Assembly: GCA_965248365.1 (NCBI GenBank)
Contig: CBDFJA010000002.1
Location: forward strand, 773,171-837,170
Direction of reading: 5' to 3'
Length of the DNA stretch: 64,000 nt
Source: Bryobacterales bacterium
GTDB lineage: Bacteria > Acidobacteriota > Terriglobia > Bryobacterales > UBA6623
Below are positions 37,939 through 48,179 of this stretch, one piece after another. Below the pieces are notes generated by a model. The model saw nothing but the letters and a program-made list of their open reading frames with translations, made no database searches and was not told where the DNA came from. The number at the start of each line of letters is the position of its first letter. Position 1 is the stretch's first letter. The position numbers and the translations under genes were made by a program.

Positions 37939-39030
37939 TCATCCGACCTTGGTTTCCAGCGTCGGCAGTGCGGGCAACACCTTCGTGGCTAGCCAGTCCA
38001 TCGAGCGGCGCCATTTGGCCTTGTCGTCCCAGTCCTTGGAAGCCATCAGCAGGGTTCCGAAACCGCCAGTCGCTTCCCAGACCTCTTCGAGTTGGCGGAT
38101 GCAGGACTTGACGTCCCCGATGATGCACACCTTCTTCAACATGTAGTCACTCGTGACCTCTTCGTCGGCCATCTCGGGATCGGCCTTCACCAGGGAGAGG
38201 AAATTCGCCGCCCTGAGAATGCCGACCAGATAGTCGAACGAAGTCTTGAACGTGCCGTTGAGTACGTGGTCCCAGGCCTCGTCATTCGATTCGGCGATGT
38301 AGATGCTGCGCGAAACTCTCCACATCGAGCGATCCGGCTCGGGGAGCCCCTTTTCCCGGGCGCCTTCGCAATAGGTCTTCCAGTGAACCGGCAGTATGTT
38401 GCGCGGCACCAAGTTTGTGCTGATCGGCATGTAGCCTCGCTGCCCGGCCATGCGCGCCGCCCTCGACTCACCGCGGATCACGCTCATGCCGATCGGCGGA
38501 TGCGGCTTTTGGTAGGGTTTGAGCAGCGTTCCCATCTTCAACTCATGGTTCGGGTCTTCGACCTTGATACGCCAGAACTTGCCTTGGAAATCAAAGGGCG
38601 GGTCAGTCTGCCAGAGTTTGAGGATCATATCGATCCCTTCGAGCGTCATCAGCCCTTGTGTTTTGGGTTCGGGCAGATCGAACAACCCCCAATCGGTCGG
38701 TGAGCCCCCTTGTCCGAAGCCGCAGTTGAAACGCCCGCGTGAGAGATGGTCAAGAAATGCGAGACGCACGGCAACGTTGACCGGATGGTGCTGGGGAATG
38801 ATCGAGACGCCCGTGCCGAGACGAATGTTCTTGGTCTGCGGCAGACAATAGGCGATAAAGACGTCGTTGGACGGAATCGGCTCCCACTCCAAGGTGTGGT
38901 GCTGGCCGATCCAGCCCTCGGTAAACCCTAGCTCGTCGGCGTGGACGACAAACTCGAGGTCTTCCTCGAAACACTCCGTTCGCGACTTTTCCGGCGGGTG
39001 CAGCGGCATCATGAAGAAGCCAAGTTTCAT
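37939..39030 (-). CDS. LLM-class flavin-dependent oxidoreductase
   Basis: MKLGFFMMPLHP, WIGQHH, RLGTGV and LDHLSRGR motifs. Confidence 0.93.
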   Translation of the reverse strand: MKLGFFMMPLHPPEKSRTECFEEDLEFVVHADELGFTEGWIGQHHTLEWEPIPSNDVFIAYCLPQTKNIRLGTGVSIIPQHHPVNVAVRLAFLDHLSRGRFNCGFGQGGSPTDWGLFDLPEPKTQGLMTLEGIDMILKLWQTDPPFDFQGKFWRIKVEDPNHELKMGTLLKPYQKPHPPIGMSVIRGESRAARMAGQRGYMPISTNLVPRNILPVHWKTYCEGAREKGLPEPDRSMWRVSRSIYIAESNDEAWDHVLNGTFKTSFDYLVGILRAANFLSLVKADPEMADEEVTSDYMLKKVCIIGDVKSCIRQLEEVWEATGGFGTLLMASKDWDDKAKWRRSMDWLATKVLPALPTLETKVG

Positions 39031-39228
39031 CGACGAACTCCTGTCCACTGATTCGGCTGGGGCGGATGTGCCGGGGTGGTATTACGTTTCTTCCGCTGTT
39101 GTGAGGGCTGATCGAGGCCGTGCCGACAGCGTTCCCTATTTTGCCATAGAAGACGCTCGGCCCGCGCTACCGGCGTGGCAGGCCGGTTTCTCGGGTTCGT
39201 TTGCAGGGATCAGGGCCAAGCAGATGCA

Positions 39229-40434
39229 TCAGCGACGGCGACCCGCAGTGGAATCCTTCCCGATCGTCAACCAGTCCAACGTGAAGCGAGCGAAGGTGAT
39301 CGTCTCGTAGGGGGACGCTCCAGAGATCCCTGGCACCCCATTTCGCTCATAAAGACAAGCGATGCCGCCATCTGCGAGTACGGCCAGAGAGGAGTAGGCC
39401 GAGGGTCCGGCGTGCAGCAGTTTCGAGACCGGCCAGGTCTTGCCCTCGTCGTAGCTGAGCCGAACGGTCATGTTGACGCGCTCGGTTTTGCTCGCGGGGT
39501 TGGAAAAGAGCAAACGGTCTTTGCCGTCTCCTTGGGTCGAGGTATAGCGGACGAAGCTTGCCTGGCAGACGGGTTCTATAAGCGTTTCGTCAAAGCCCAG
39601 CTCCCCCCAAGTCGCGCCGCCGTCGCTGCTGCGGGCCACTGCGCGTTTGCCGTTACGCTCGGCGACTTTGGCAACCCGGCCCCAGTAGCTGCGCATGTTG
39701 AGCAGCAGCTCGCCGCCGGCGAGTTCGACCACTTGGCATTCGTCCGTATGTTCGGGCAGCGCGGCGCCCAGTTGCCACGTCTGTCCGTGGTCGTCGCTGT
39801 AGAACATGTGGGAATGCATGATTTTCTGCTGGCCCATCATCACGGCGTGGTCGGAGGGGACTACGAGACGTCCCTTGCGCGGGCCCTGCTTAAGCTGGAT
39901 ACTGACCCCGGGGCCCGTCGCTACCCAAGTCCACTGGGGTTTTGTGACTTGTTTTGAAATGTTGACGGGTTCCGACCAAGTCAGCCCCTCGTCGCTGCTC
40001 TTGGTGACGAGCACCTCTTTGTTGTCGCGGCAAAAGGGCATCCAAATGGTTCCGGTGTCTTCGTCAACCACCGGGCTGGGATTGCCGATGGTGATCTCGG
40101 CGTCGCCTCCCTCTTCGTAGACAATCGTCTGCTGGGACCAAGTCTCGCCCCCGTCCGAGCTGCGTTTGACAAGCAGATCGATATCGCCGTCATCGTCACG
40201 CCTTGTTTTCCGGCCCTCGCAAAAGGCGAGTAACGTGCCCTTCGGGGTCGAGAGCAGCGCCGGAATGCGGTAGGTGTGATAACCGCCCTGGCCGGCTACG
40301 AATAGCGGTGTCTGGATAATTTCGGATGCAACGCCGCGTTCGCCTTCACTCGGCGCGCAGCCCGGCGCGAACAGCAAGGCCAACGGCAAGGCGGAGAGGA
40401 TAACGGTGAGGAGCTTTTCGCTCTTGATCGTCAT
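39229..40434 (-). CDS. Sialidase (GH33), lipoprotein
   Basis: YRIP motif; Asp-boxes [32 protein letters not shown] and SYDEGKTW; lipobox APGC. Confidence 0.92.
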   Translation of the reverse strand: MTIKSEKLLTVILSALPLALLFAPGCAPSEGERGVASEIIQTPLFVAGQGGYHTYRIPALLSTPKGTLLAFCEGRKTRRDDDGDIDLLVKRSSDGGETWSQQTIVYEEGGDAEITIGNPSPVVDEDTGTIWMPFCRDNKEVLVTKSSDEGLTWSEPVNISKQVTKPQWTWVATGPGVSIQLKQGPRKGRLVVPSDHAVMMGQQKIMHSHMFYSDDHGQTWQLGAALPEHTDECQVVELAGGELLLNMRSYWGRVAKVAERNGKRAVARSSDGGATWGELGFDETLIEPVCQASFVRYTSTQGDGKDRLLFSNPASKTERVNMTVRLSYDEGKTWPVSKLLHAGPSAYSSLAVLADGGIACLYERNGVPGISGASPYETITFARFTLDWLTIGKDSTAGRRR

Positions 40435-40584
40435 GGTCGGTTACTCCCTTTTCGGACGGCTTCGTTACGGGCTCGGTCATCTACATCAGGATTACTGTAC
40501 ATGACTTGGCCCCCCGTGTAGGTCCGCAACCGCGTTCTTGGTATGCTTCCGAGAAAGTCCGGTTGTCGGAAGTTCGCCTTGCGG

Positions 40585-40774
40585 CTAGGCCGCTTTTCTC
40601 ACTAGGCGGCGAGGCGACGTGCGTGAGAGGCCTGTCAGTACAAGACGCGCGGGGCACGGCATGCCGTGCCCCTACATTGTTGACCCCTACGTTGATCACG
40701 GCGAGCAAGCGCAACGACGTAACGGTGGGCCCATCGCGTGCTTCGACCGTCAGCTGGTGAGAAAAGCGGCCTAG
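40585..40774 (-). repeat. CTAG-bounded MITE-like repeat, copy A (190 bp) containing a GTAG-type REP hairpin
   Basis: Ends CTAGGCCGCTTTTCTCAC and GGTGAGAAAAGCGGCCTAG; perfect palindrome GGGGCACGGCATGCCGTGCCCC at 40651-40672. Confidence 0.8.
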
Positions 40775-42513
40775 GCTATCGCTTCCGCGATAGCCGACTG
40801 CAGCTTCGACAGTCCGGCGGCCACATCGGCGCCGAGATGGACTCGAAGGGCGCGGCGATTCCTGTTAGCCAGAACCTGGAAGTCACCACGTGCTTGGGCG
40901 GCCTTGACCAAGCCAAACGTATACTTCTGCCCGGGCACGGCGAGATCAGCCGCTTCGTCGCATGTTACCTGCAGGAAGACACCGCTGTTGGGGCCGCCTT
41001 TGTAGGCCTGGCCGGTGGAGTGTAGGAATCTCGGCCCGAAACCCACGCAGGTGGCAACACGTTTGGAATCACGCACCGCCAGGCGAATCCGTCGAAGTGT
41101 CTGTTCGTGAGTTTCGTTCATCTCGACGTAGGCGAGCAGCGCCAGATAGTCGCTGGCGTCGAGCCGCTCCAAGTGCGCCCGGAGATAGCCCACAAGAGAC
41201 AGGTCGCCTCCCGCGTCCGAAGACAGCAAGGAGCTGTTTTCCGCGTCGGCGTACAACGCGATGCCGTCGGCTTCAAGCAAAGGGGTCTCCCCGGGAAGCG
41301 AGCCGGTCTTTTCGTACTCGTCCGTCAAAGCACGCGTGGCGATCTTGCTGGCCTCGACGTCCGGCTGATCGAAGGGGTTGATGCCCATCAGGGAGCCGGC
41401 GACGGCGGTCGCGATCTCCCAGCGGAAAAATTCCGCTCCAAGCTCGTAAGCGTCGGCGACGGGGATTCTTAACACGGGATGGCTGGCGGCGGCGAGAGCG
41501 TCGACTGCCCGATCTTGGTCGGAGTCGGGCGCTGATTCAAGTCGCGCGTAGACGAACAAGCGGTCGTCACCGTAGGTCCGCGGGGAACCCACGGGCTCGC
41601 GATCCACGGGAATCAAACCTTTCCCTTGCTTGCCGGTGGACTCGGCGAGCAACTGCTCCAACCAGGCTCCGAGATCCCAAATACCGGGCGAGGCAATGAT
41701 CGTTACCTTGTCACGACCCTGGCCGGCGGCGGATCCCAGGACGCACCCCAAAACGACGCCCGGGTTGTCTTCGGCCGGCTGCCGCGGCGAACACGCCAGA
41801 GCCATCTTGTGCGCGCGTTCCAAAAAGCGCGCTACGTCAACGCCCATGATCGCTGCCGGGACCATGCCGAAATCCGACAAGGCGGAGTAGCGGCCCCCGA
41901 TGCTCGGTACGCCGTGAAAGATGTGCCGGAAGCCATTGTCTTCGGCAGCCTTTTGAAGCTTCGATCCCGGATCGGTAACGGCGATGAAACGCTCCCCGGC
42001 TTGATCAACTCCCACGGCTTCGGTGACCTTCGCGAAGAAATATTGCTTGAAGATATTCGGCTCGAGGGTTGACCCGGACTTGCTTGAAACGATGAACAAG
42101 GCCCCGGCCGGATCAATCCTACTCCCTAGATTTCTGATTTGAGCGGGGTCGGTCGAATCGAGCACGTGGAGGCGCGGGCTGCCGGGTTGGGCGCCGAAAG
42201 TGACGGCCAACACTTCGGGGCAAAGGCTCGATCCGCCCATGCCCAACACCACCGCGTCTCGGAAGCCGGCGGCGCGGACTTCCTTGCCAAGGCTCGTAAG
42301 GCGCTCGGCGCGGGCCAATTGATCTTCCACGATGCCCAGCCACCCCAGCCAGTCGCCTTCATCCGCGCCCGTCCAAAGGGAGGCGTCGCGGGCCCAAAGC
42401 TTGCCGACCTTGCCCGAGGCTTGCCAATCGGCCAGCGTTCCGCGAACGGCGGAAGCCAGCGAATCCGGGAGCGTTTCTGCAGGGAGGGTCATTTCTTCAG
42501 TCTGGGCGATCAT
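40771..42513 (-). CDS. pgi: Glucose-6-phosphate isomerase (Tal/Pgi-type PGI domain)
   Basis: LGMGGSSL, VSSKSGSTLE, IGGRYSALS, EQLLAESTGK and INPFDQPDVE motifs. Confidence 0.9.
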   Translation of the reverse strand: MIAQTEEMTLPAETLPDSLASAVRGTLADWQASGKVGKLWARDASLWTGADEGDWLGWLGIVEDQLARAERLTSLGKEVRAAGFRDAVVLGMGGSSLCPEVLAVTFGAQPGSPRLHVLDSTDPAQIRNLGSRIDPAGALFIVSSKSGSTLEPNIFKQYFFAKVTEAVGVDQAGERFIAVTDPGSKLQKAAEDNGFRHIFHGVPSIGGRYSALSDFGMVPAAIMGVDVARFLERAHKMALACSPRQPAEDNPGVVLGCVLGSAAGQGRDKVTIIASPGIWDLGAWLEQLLAESTGKQGKGLIPVDREPVGSPRTYGDDRLFVYARLESAPDSDQDRAVDALAAASHPVLRIPVADAYELGAEFFRWEIATAVAGSLMGINPFDQPDVEASKIATRALTDEYEKTGSLPGETPLLEADGIALYADAENSSLLSSDAGGDLSLVGYLRAHLERLDASDYLALLAYVEMNETHEQTLRRIRLAVRDSKRVATCVGFGPRFLHSTGQAYKGGPNSGVFLQVTCDEAADLAVPGQKYTFGLVKAAQARGDFQVLANRNRRALRVHLGADVAAGLSKLQSAIAEAIA

Positions 42514-42720
42514 GCATCCCTTATCGGCTGACGATAGCAGTTTGCCCAATGGCCGGCAAACGATCTCCGGTGTCCGCCCCGGGGCCACGATCGCATAGAC
42601 GGCGAATCACCCCGGGTAGGTACATCCTCTGATTCAATGGACAAAAGAGTACCTACGTAGCAGCATTCCGAGACTAGAGGACTTCCCGCTGGGAAGATCG
42701 GGGGCTACACTTGAGAAGCG

Positions 42721-43167
42721 GTGAACACTCTTTCGACGTGTCCGGTCTGCCGGCAACCCATGGTTGCCTTCGAGTTGGAGGGAATCGAGATCGACCGCTG
42801 CGTTGAGTGTGCGGGCACCTGGCTAGACGCTGGGGAGTTGGAGATCATCGCCGAGACGGCCGGCGCTCCGCGGGGCGGTTTGTTCGCGGCCTTGAAGACC
42901 GCCCCGGGGCGGCGTCACGGCGGCAGGCGATGTCCGCGATGCTCTCGGAAGCTGCGGGTGATCAGCCTGGGAACCGGGAAGTCCGTCGAAATCGATCGCT
43001 GTCCGGGGGGAGACGGACTCTGGTTCGACCGCGGCGAGATGGAAACTTTTATTGCATCATTTGACGAAGGCGAGGAGGGCGTCGTCGCCCGTTTCTTCGC
43101 CGACTTTTACGGCAAAGGGCTTTCCCCGGGCAGTCTTGATCGGGAAAGCGAAACCGAGGAGGGATAA
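42721..43167 (+). CDS. Tandem zf-TFIIB-like zinc-ribbon protein
   Basis: Two CPxC...IDRC..C.G.W.D.GE units. Confidence 0.85.
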   Translation: MNTLSTCPVCRQPMVAFELEGIEIDRCVECAGTWLDAGELEIIAETAGAPRGGLFAALKTAPGRRHGGRRCPRCSRKLRVISLGTGKSVEIDRCPGGDGLWFDRGEMETFIASFDEGEEGVVARFFADFYGKGLSPGSLDRESETEEG

Positions 43168-43740
43168 ATGGAGTTATTGATGGTGGCCGCGTCGGCGTTG
43201 CTTGTCATCATTGTTCTCATCGCCATTTGGGCCGCGGTGACTTACAACAGCTTGGTGGCTATGAGGAATGCCGTACGCAACGCGTGGTCGCAGATCGACG
43301 TGCAATTGAAGCGCCGGCACGACTTGATTCCGAACCTGGTGGAAACCGTGAAGGGTTACGCCGGACACGAGAAAGAAACATTGGAAAACGTAACCCGCGC
43401 TCGATCCCAGGCGGTCTCGGCTCAAGGCGTGGGCGAGCAAGCCGCGGCCGAACAACAGTTAACCGGAGCGCTGGGCCGGCTGATGCTGGTAGTCGAACAA
43501 TATCCCGACCTGAAAGCCAATCAGAACTTTTTGGCCTTGCAGGAAGAGCTCACTTCGACAGAGAACAAGATCAGCTTCTCGAGACAGCTTTACAACGACT
43601 CGGTCATGTTGTTCAACACCAGGATTGAAAGCGTGCCGGCGAACATCGTCGCGGGCATGTTCCATTTCAATCAAGAAGAGTTCTTTGAACTCCAAGACGA
43701 GGCGGCACGAGAAGCCCCTCGAGTCTCGTTCTCCTCCTGA
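43168..43740 (+). CDS. lemA: LemA family protein
   Basis: NAWSQIDVQLKRRHDLIPNLV and YPDLKANQNF motifs. Confidence 0.96.
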   Translation: MELLMVAASALLVIIVLIAIWAAVTYNSLVAMRNAVRNAWSQIDVQLKRRHDLIPNLVETVKGYAGHEKETLENVTRARSQAVSAQGVGEQAAAEQQLTGALGRLMLVVEQYPDLKANQNFLALQEELTSTENKISFSRQLYNDSVMLFNTRIESVPANIVAGMFHFNQEEFFELQDEAAREAPRVSFSS

Positions 43741-43842
43741 GCGACACGTGGGCGAAAGTTAACCGCGGCGGCGGCGGGCGCTTCTTGCTGTCCGGCGTCG
43801 TTCCGCTACTCGCGCGATCTATCCCGAAATTTTTCCTCAGCC

Positions 43843-45351
43843 ATGTGGCAAGCCATCGCAGCCAACCGGCGCCGGTCGCGGTTAATCATCTTCGTGATGG
43901 GTGCGGTGCTCATCGCACTCGGCGCTAGCCTGGGAACGTTGATCGGTCCGGCGCTGGTCGACCTGGGTTACGCGCCTCCCGGCGAAGAAACTTTGGCCGG
44001 AGCCCTCGCCGGCGGGCTGGCGGCGTTAGTTGTTTGGCTGACGCTTTCGCTTCTCGCGGTCTACGGGGGGGACCGGCTGGTGCTTCGCTCAGCGCACGCC
44101 CTGCCCATCGAAAAGCGCGATTCTCCCCGATTGTGGAACGTTGTAGAAGAGATGACGATTGCTTCGGGGCTGGGGCAGCCTCCGCGGGTGTACATCGTCG
44201 AGGACCACGCCCCCAACGCCTTTGCCGTGGGGCGAAGCCCGGAGAAATCGGCGGTGGCGGTCACCTCCGGCCTGCTGCGGCTGATGAACCGCGACGAGCT
44301 ACAGGGAGTGATTGCTCACGAGATTGCCCACATCCGCAACCTGGACATCCGATTCATGACCATGGCGGCCGTGCTGGTGGGAAGCGTCGAGCTGCTTTCT
44401 CGGGGCTTTCTTCGCGTGGGCGCTTTCGCCGCGGTCGGCCGGCGCGGCGGGAGGGGCCGAGGCGGGGGGCATCCGGCTCTTCTGGCGGTTGCGTTCGTCA
44501 TGGCCATCGTGTCGCCGCTGCTGGTCCGGCTGCTCTATCTGGCTTGCTCGCGGCAGCGGGAGTATCTGGCGGACGCTTCGGCGGCGCGGTTCACTCGCTA
44601 CCCAGACGGTCTGGCCTCGGCTTTGGAAAAAATAGCCGTCCACCATTCCGGATATGTTCCGGGCCGCGTCAGCGGCGCCTTGGCGCCTCTCTACATCGTC
44701 AACCCGCTGCAGCTGGCGGCGGTGTCGAACTTAGTGTCGACGCACCCGCCGACCGAGAACCGGGTGAAGATCCTCCGCGGCATGGGCGGACGCGCCGGCT
44801 ATGTGGACTACGAGGCAGCGCTACGGAAAATTGAAGGCCGAAAGACGAGATTGGCCGCGCTGACGGCGGCAGCCAAGTCGGACCAAAGCATCGCCGCGCG
44901 CGCGGCGTCTTCCGAACCCGAGACTCGCCGCACGGCGGTCGGCCGAGCTCGTGAGGTGGGAGACTTGCTTGACCGCCTCGCTCTCTTCATCTTCGTGCCA
45001 TGCGCGTGCGGCATGCGTATCAAGCTGCCGCCCGATTACCGGGGAGATCACGTTTTGTGTCCGCGTTGCAGCAAGCAGCTCGTCGTCCCTGCCGTGCTGC
45101 CCATTCCGATCGAGGGGGCCGCTGGCGCGGCGACGCCGGGCGTTTCCGCTCAGCCTAGCCTACCGAGCGCTTCGAGCGGCGCCTCCGGGCTGCAATACGA
45201 GCGCACGGGCGAGGGTTGGGATGCTTTCCGCTGCGGGTGCGGCCAGACCATTCAGCTGGGGCCCGACTTCCCGCTCGACTACACAATTTGTGCGCAGTGT
45301 AACAGCCGGATCGAACTCAAGGCTCCGCGTCGGCGTCGGCCGCCGCGCTAG
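43843..45351 (+). CDS. htpX: HtpX-like M48 metalloprotease with C-terminal zinc ribbons
   Basis: PNAFA, HEIAH, REYLAD and STHPP motifs; CACG...CPRC and CGCG...CAQC pairs at the C-terminus. Confidence 0.9.
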   Translation: MWQAIAANRRRSRLIIFVMGAVLIALGASLGTLIGPALVDLGYAPPGEETLAGALAGGLAALVVWLTLSLLAVYGGDRLVLRSAHALPIEKRDSPRLWNVVEEMTIASGLGQPPRVYIVEDHAPNAFAVGRSPEKSAVAVTSGLLRLMNRDELQGVIAHEIAHIRNLDIRFMTMAAVLVGSVELLSRGFLRVGAFAAVGRRGGRGRGGGHPALLAVAFVMAIVSPLLVRLLYLACSRQREYLADASAARFTRYPDGLASALEKIAVHHSGYVPGRVSGALAPLYIVNPLQLAAVSNLVSTHPPTENRVKILRGMGGRAGYVDYEAALRKIEGRKTRLAALTAAAKSDQSIAARAASSEPETRRTAVGRAREVGDLLDRLALFIFVPCACGMRIKLPPDYRGDHVLCPRCSKQLVVPAVLPIPIEGAAGAATPGVSAQPSLPSASSGASGLQYERTGEGWDAFRCGCGQTIQLGPDFPLDYTICAQCNSRIELKAPRRRRPPR

Positions 45352-45548
45352 CCCGCATTTCTCACCACCTGACAACCGAAGCACGCGATAGACCCGCCAT
45401 TACTTCGTTGCGCTTGCTCGCCGTGCTCAACGTACTGTTCAAGTACGCCCGCATTATTCAAGAAATGCGGCGCCGAGGCGCGCGCGCCTTGTACTGACGG
45501 GGCCTCTCACGCACTTCGCCTCGCCACGTGGTGAGAAAAGCGGGCTAG
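45348..45548 (+). repeat. CTAG-bounded MITE-like repeat, copy B (201 bp)
   Basis: Ends CTAGCCCGCATTTCTCACC and GGTGAGAAAAGCGGGCTAG; arms homologous to copies A and C. Confidence 0.82.
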
Positions 45549-45549
45549 A

Positions 45550-46575
45550 TGTGATCTTTCAACAGGTTGTTCATTCGGTCCCGGACCAGGGAAGCTGGAG
45601 TTGTCGAATAACCACGACCCTGGAGAGACCGCATGAACATCCATCAGAATGCCCGATTGACGCCCAAAGGCCGAGCCCTTTTGGTTCGATGCATCCTCGC
45701 TGGAGAGACGCCTCGGGCCGCCGCGGCGGCCCGAGACGTCTCAGAACGCACCGCCCGCCGTTGGCTGGCCCGCTACCGCGGCGAAGGCGAAGCCGGTCTC
45801 TACGATCGCTCTTCGCGCCCCCGGCATAGCCCGCGCCGCACCCCGCAAGCCGTCGTTGACCGCGTCCTCGCCCTGCGCCGACAACGTTGGACGGGCCGCC
45901 GCATCGCCCAAACCCTGCGGCTATCCCCGGCCACCGTCAGCCGCCTCCTCGGTCGCGCCGGACTCAACCGTCTCCGCGATCTCGAACCCGCTCCCCCCGT
46001 TCGCCGCTACGAACATCACCGTCCCGGCGATCTACTGCATCTCGACATCAAAAAGCTCGGCCGCTTCCAGCACGCCGGTCACCGCGTTACCGGCGATAAG
46101 ACCCGACGCTCCCGCGCCGCCGGCTGGGAGTTCGTCCACGTCGCCGTCGACGACCATTCCCGCATCGCCTTCTCCCAGATCCTGCCCGATGAGCGCAGCC
46201 TTTCCGCTGCCCAGTTCCTTCTCCTCGCCCACGCCTACTATGGCTCGCTTGGCATCCGCATCCGACGCCTGCTCACCGACAATGGCTCCTGGTACCGCTC
46301 CCGCCACCTCCGTCGTACTTGCCGCCGCCTCGGCATCCGCCACCGCTTCACCCGCCCCTACACCCCTCGCACCAACGGCAAGGCCGAGCGCTTCATCCAA
46401 ACCGCCCTCCGCGAATGGGCCTATGCCCGCTCCTACTGCTCCTCCCTCCAACGCGCCAACCATCTGCTCCCCTGGCTCCACGACTACAATTGGCATCGCC
46501 CCCACGCCAGCCTCGGCTATCATCCCCCTATCAGCCGACTCCCTCCTCCCCGGAACAACCTGTTGAGGCTCCACA
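45550..46575 (+). mobile_element. IS481-family insertion sequence
   Basis: TGT...ACA ends; IR core TCAACAGGTTGTTC; 6-bp target duplication GCTAGA at 45544-45549 and 46576-46581. Confidence 0.95.
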
Positions 46576-46580
46576 GCTAG
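45633..46580 (+). CDS. IS481 transposase
   Basis: MNIHQNARLTP N-terminus; LLHLDIKK, LLTDNG and TNGKAERF DDE motifs; stop TAG lies in the target duplication. Confidence 0.96.
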   Translation: MNIHQNARLTPKGRALLVRCILAGETPRAAAAARDVSERTARRWLARYRGEGEAGLYDRSSRPRHSPRRTPQAVVDRVLALRRQRWTGRRIAQTLRLSPATVSRLLGRAGLNRLRDLEPAPPVRRYEHHRPGDLLHLDIKKLGRFQHAGHRVTGDKTRRSRAAGWEFVHVAVDDHSRIAFSQILPDERSLSAAQFLLLAHAYYGSLGIRIRRLLTDNGSWYRSRHLRRTCRRLGIRHRFTRPYTPRTNGKAERFIQTALREWAYARSYCSSLQRANHLLPWLHDYNWHRPHASLGYHPPISRLPPPRNNLLRLHS

Positions 46581-47605
46581 ACCGTGACCACGACCTTTCC
46601 AAACTGCTTGCCGGTTTCCAAGTGTTCGTGAGCCGCGCGGAGTTCGGAAAGCGGGAAGGTTCGGTCAACCACGGCCTTCAATCGCCCACGACCGATTAGC
46701 TTCAAGACCTGGTGGAGCTCGCCGAGGGTTCCCATGACGGAACCGAGCAAACTCAGGTGGCGGAAGAACAGATGCGCCAGGTTCACTCGCACGTCCGCGC
46801 CGGTCGTGGCGCCACAGGTGACCAGGCGGCCGTGGTGGGCAAGGCTGGCTGTGGACTGCTCCCAGGTGGCCGCGCCGACGTGTTCGACGACGACATCAAC
46901 CCCTTTCTTGGCGGTGATGCGGCGGACCTCGTCCTTGATGGTTTGTCGGTAATGGTCGATGACCTCGTCGGCGCCGAGGTCCTTTGCTTTGGCTAGTTTG
47001 GTCTCGTCCCCGGCGGTCGTGATCACCCGGCAGTGGAACATTTTGGCGATTTGTACCGCCGCGCTTCCCACGCCGCTGCCCGCTCCGACGACGAGGACGT
47101 CCTCGCCGGGTTTGATCTTCGCGACGCCGGTGAGCATGTGCCAGGCCGTAAGAAATACGAGGGGCACAGCGGCTGCTTCTTCGAAGCTCAGTTCGCCTGG
47201 AATGGGAATAGCGTTGACTTCTGGAACGGCGATGTATTCCGCGTTCGTGCCGCTGGCTTGGTAACCGAACAGACCGTAGCGGCGGCAGAAATTATCTTGC
47301 CCGGAAACACAGAACTCGCACTGGCGGCAGCTGAACCCCGGCGCAACGAGCACTCGCTGGCCGCTTTTGATCCTCGTGCACAGCTCGCCGAGTTCAGCCA
47401 CTTCTCCGGCAGCATCGCTGCCTAGGATATGCGGCAGAGTGAGCTTCGCGCCGGGCACTCCTCCGCGAACAAACAGATCGAGGCGGTTCAGCGAGCAGGC
47501 GCGGACTTTGATGAGCACCTGGTCGGGGCGCAATCGCGGTTCCTCGGCGTCTTCGTGGCGAAGAACTTCAGGACCGCCGTGTTCGTGGATGCGGACAGCT
47601 TTCAT
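46577..47605 (-). CDS. Zinc-binding dehydrogenase / NADPH:quinone oxidoreductase (MDR family)
   Basis: MKAVRIHEHGGPEVL, CRQCEFC, GAGSGVG and KQFGKVV motifs. Confidence 0.93.
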   Translation of the reverse strand: MKAVRIHEHGGPEVLRHEDAEEPRLRPDQVLIKVRACSLNRLDLFVRGGVPGAKLTLPHILGSDAAGEVAELGELCTRIKSGQRVLVAPGFSCRQCEFCVSGQDNFCRRYGLFGYQASGTNAEYIAVPEVNAIPIPGELSFEEAAAVPLVFLTAWHMLTGVAKIKPGEDVLVVGAGSGVGSAAVQIAKMFHCRVITTAGDETKLAKAKDLGADEVIDHYRQTIKDEVRRITAKKGVDVVVEHVGAATWEQSTASLAHHGRLVTCGATTGADVRVNLAHLFFRHLSLLGSVMGTLGELHQVLKLIGRGRLKAVVDRTFPLSELRAAHEHLETGKQFGKVVVTV

Positions 47606-47696
47606 CGGTTCGAGTCTCCTTGGTTTTGGCCCATGGAAGGCGTTGCAAATCTACGACTGCCGCCAGTGCGTGACGCGCAACAATCGTCAGTGAACT

Positions 47697-48179
47697 TCAA
47701 TCTAGATTTCCTCGAGCCGGATTGCCGCCGTCAACGGCTCCAGTCGGTCTGCATACGTCCGGAATCCTTCTGTTCTGGCGCCGTGCTCGTGGCTTTGAGA
47801 CTTCCGTGGTCACAATACACCTTTCCTCTGTGTCCGCCAGGGCGTAGGCGATCAAAAAGGGATCGCGCCCCAGCTTTTCCACCTCGTCATCTGTGAGGTC
47901 ATTCGCATACCCGTTCGAGACGACCCTCTGCACCAAGTCAGCATCAACATCTTTGTCAAACAGCAGAGCTTGCTCGTTCTTAGGGTGAGCGATCCAGTCT
48001 AGAAGCCTATCGTTGTCTCTGCGGCCAGCCTGGATTTCCTCCATGATCTCCAATGGAATCTTCACGTTGCCGGACTCGCCTTGATGCCGTAGCCAACTCC
48101 AGAACTCCGGGACCTGATCGATCGGGTAGTAAGAGCTGTTGGCCGTGATCAAGACATTCGCATCGAACAGGTACAGCAC
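47697..48179 (-). CDS. DUF4411-family PIN-like protein (C-terminus apparently frameshifted)
   Basis: YLFDANVLI, FWSWL, DPFLIAYA, IVTTE and IPDVC motifs. Confidence 0.85.
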   Translation of the reverse strand: MLYLFDANVLITANSSYYPIDQVPEFWSWLRHQGESGNVKIPLEIMEEIQAGRRDNDRLLDWIAHPKNEQALLFDKDVDADLVQRVVSNGYANDLTDDEVEKLGRDPFLIAYALADTEERCIVTTEVSKPRARRQNRRIPDVCRPTGAVDGGNPARGNLD

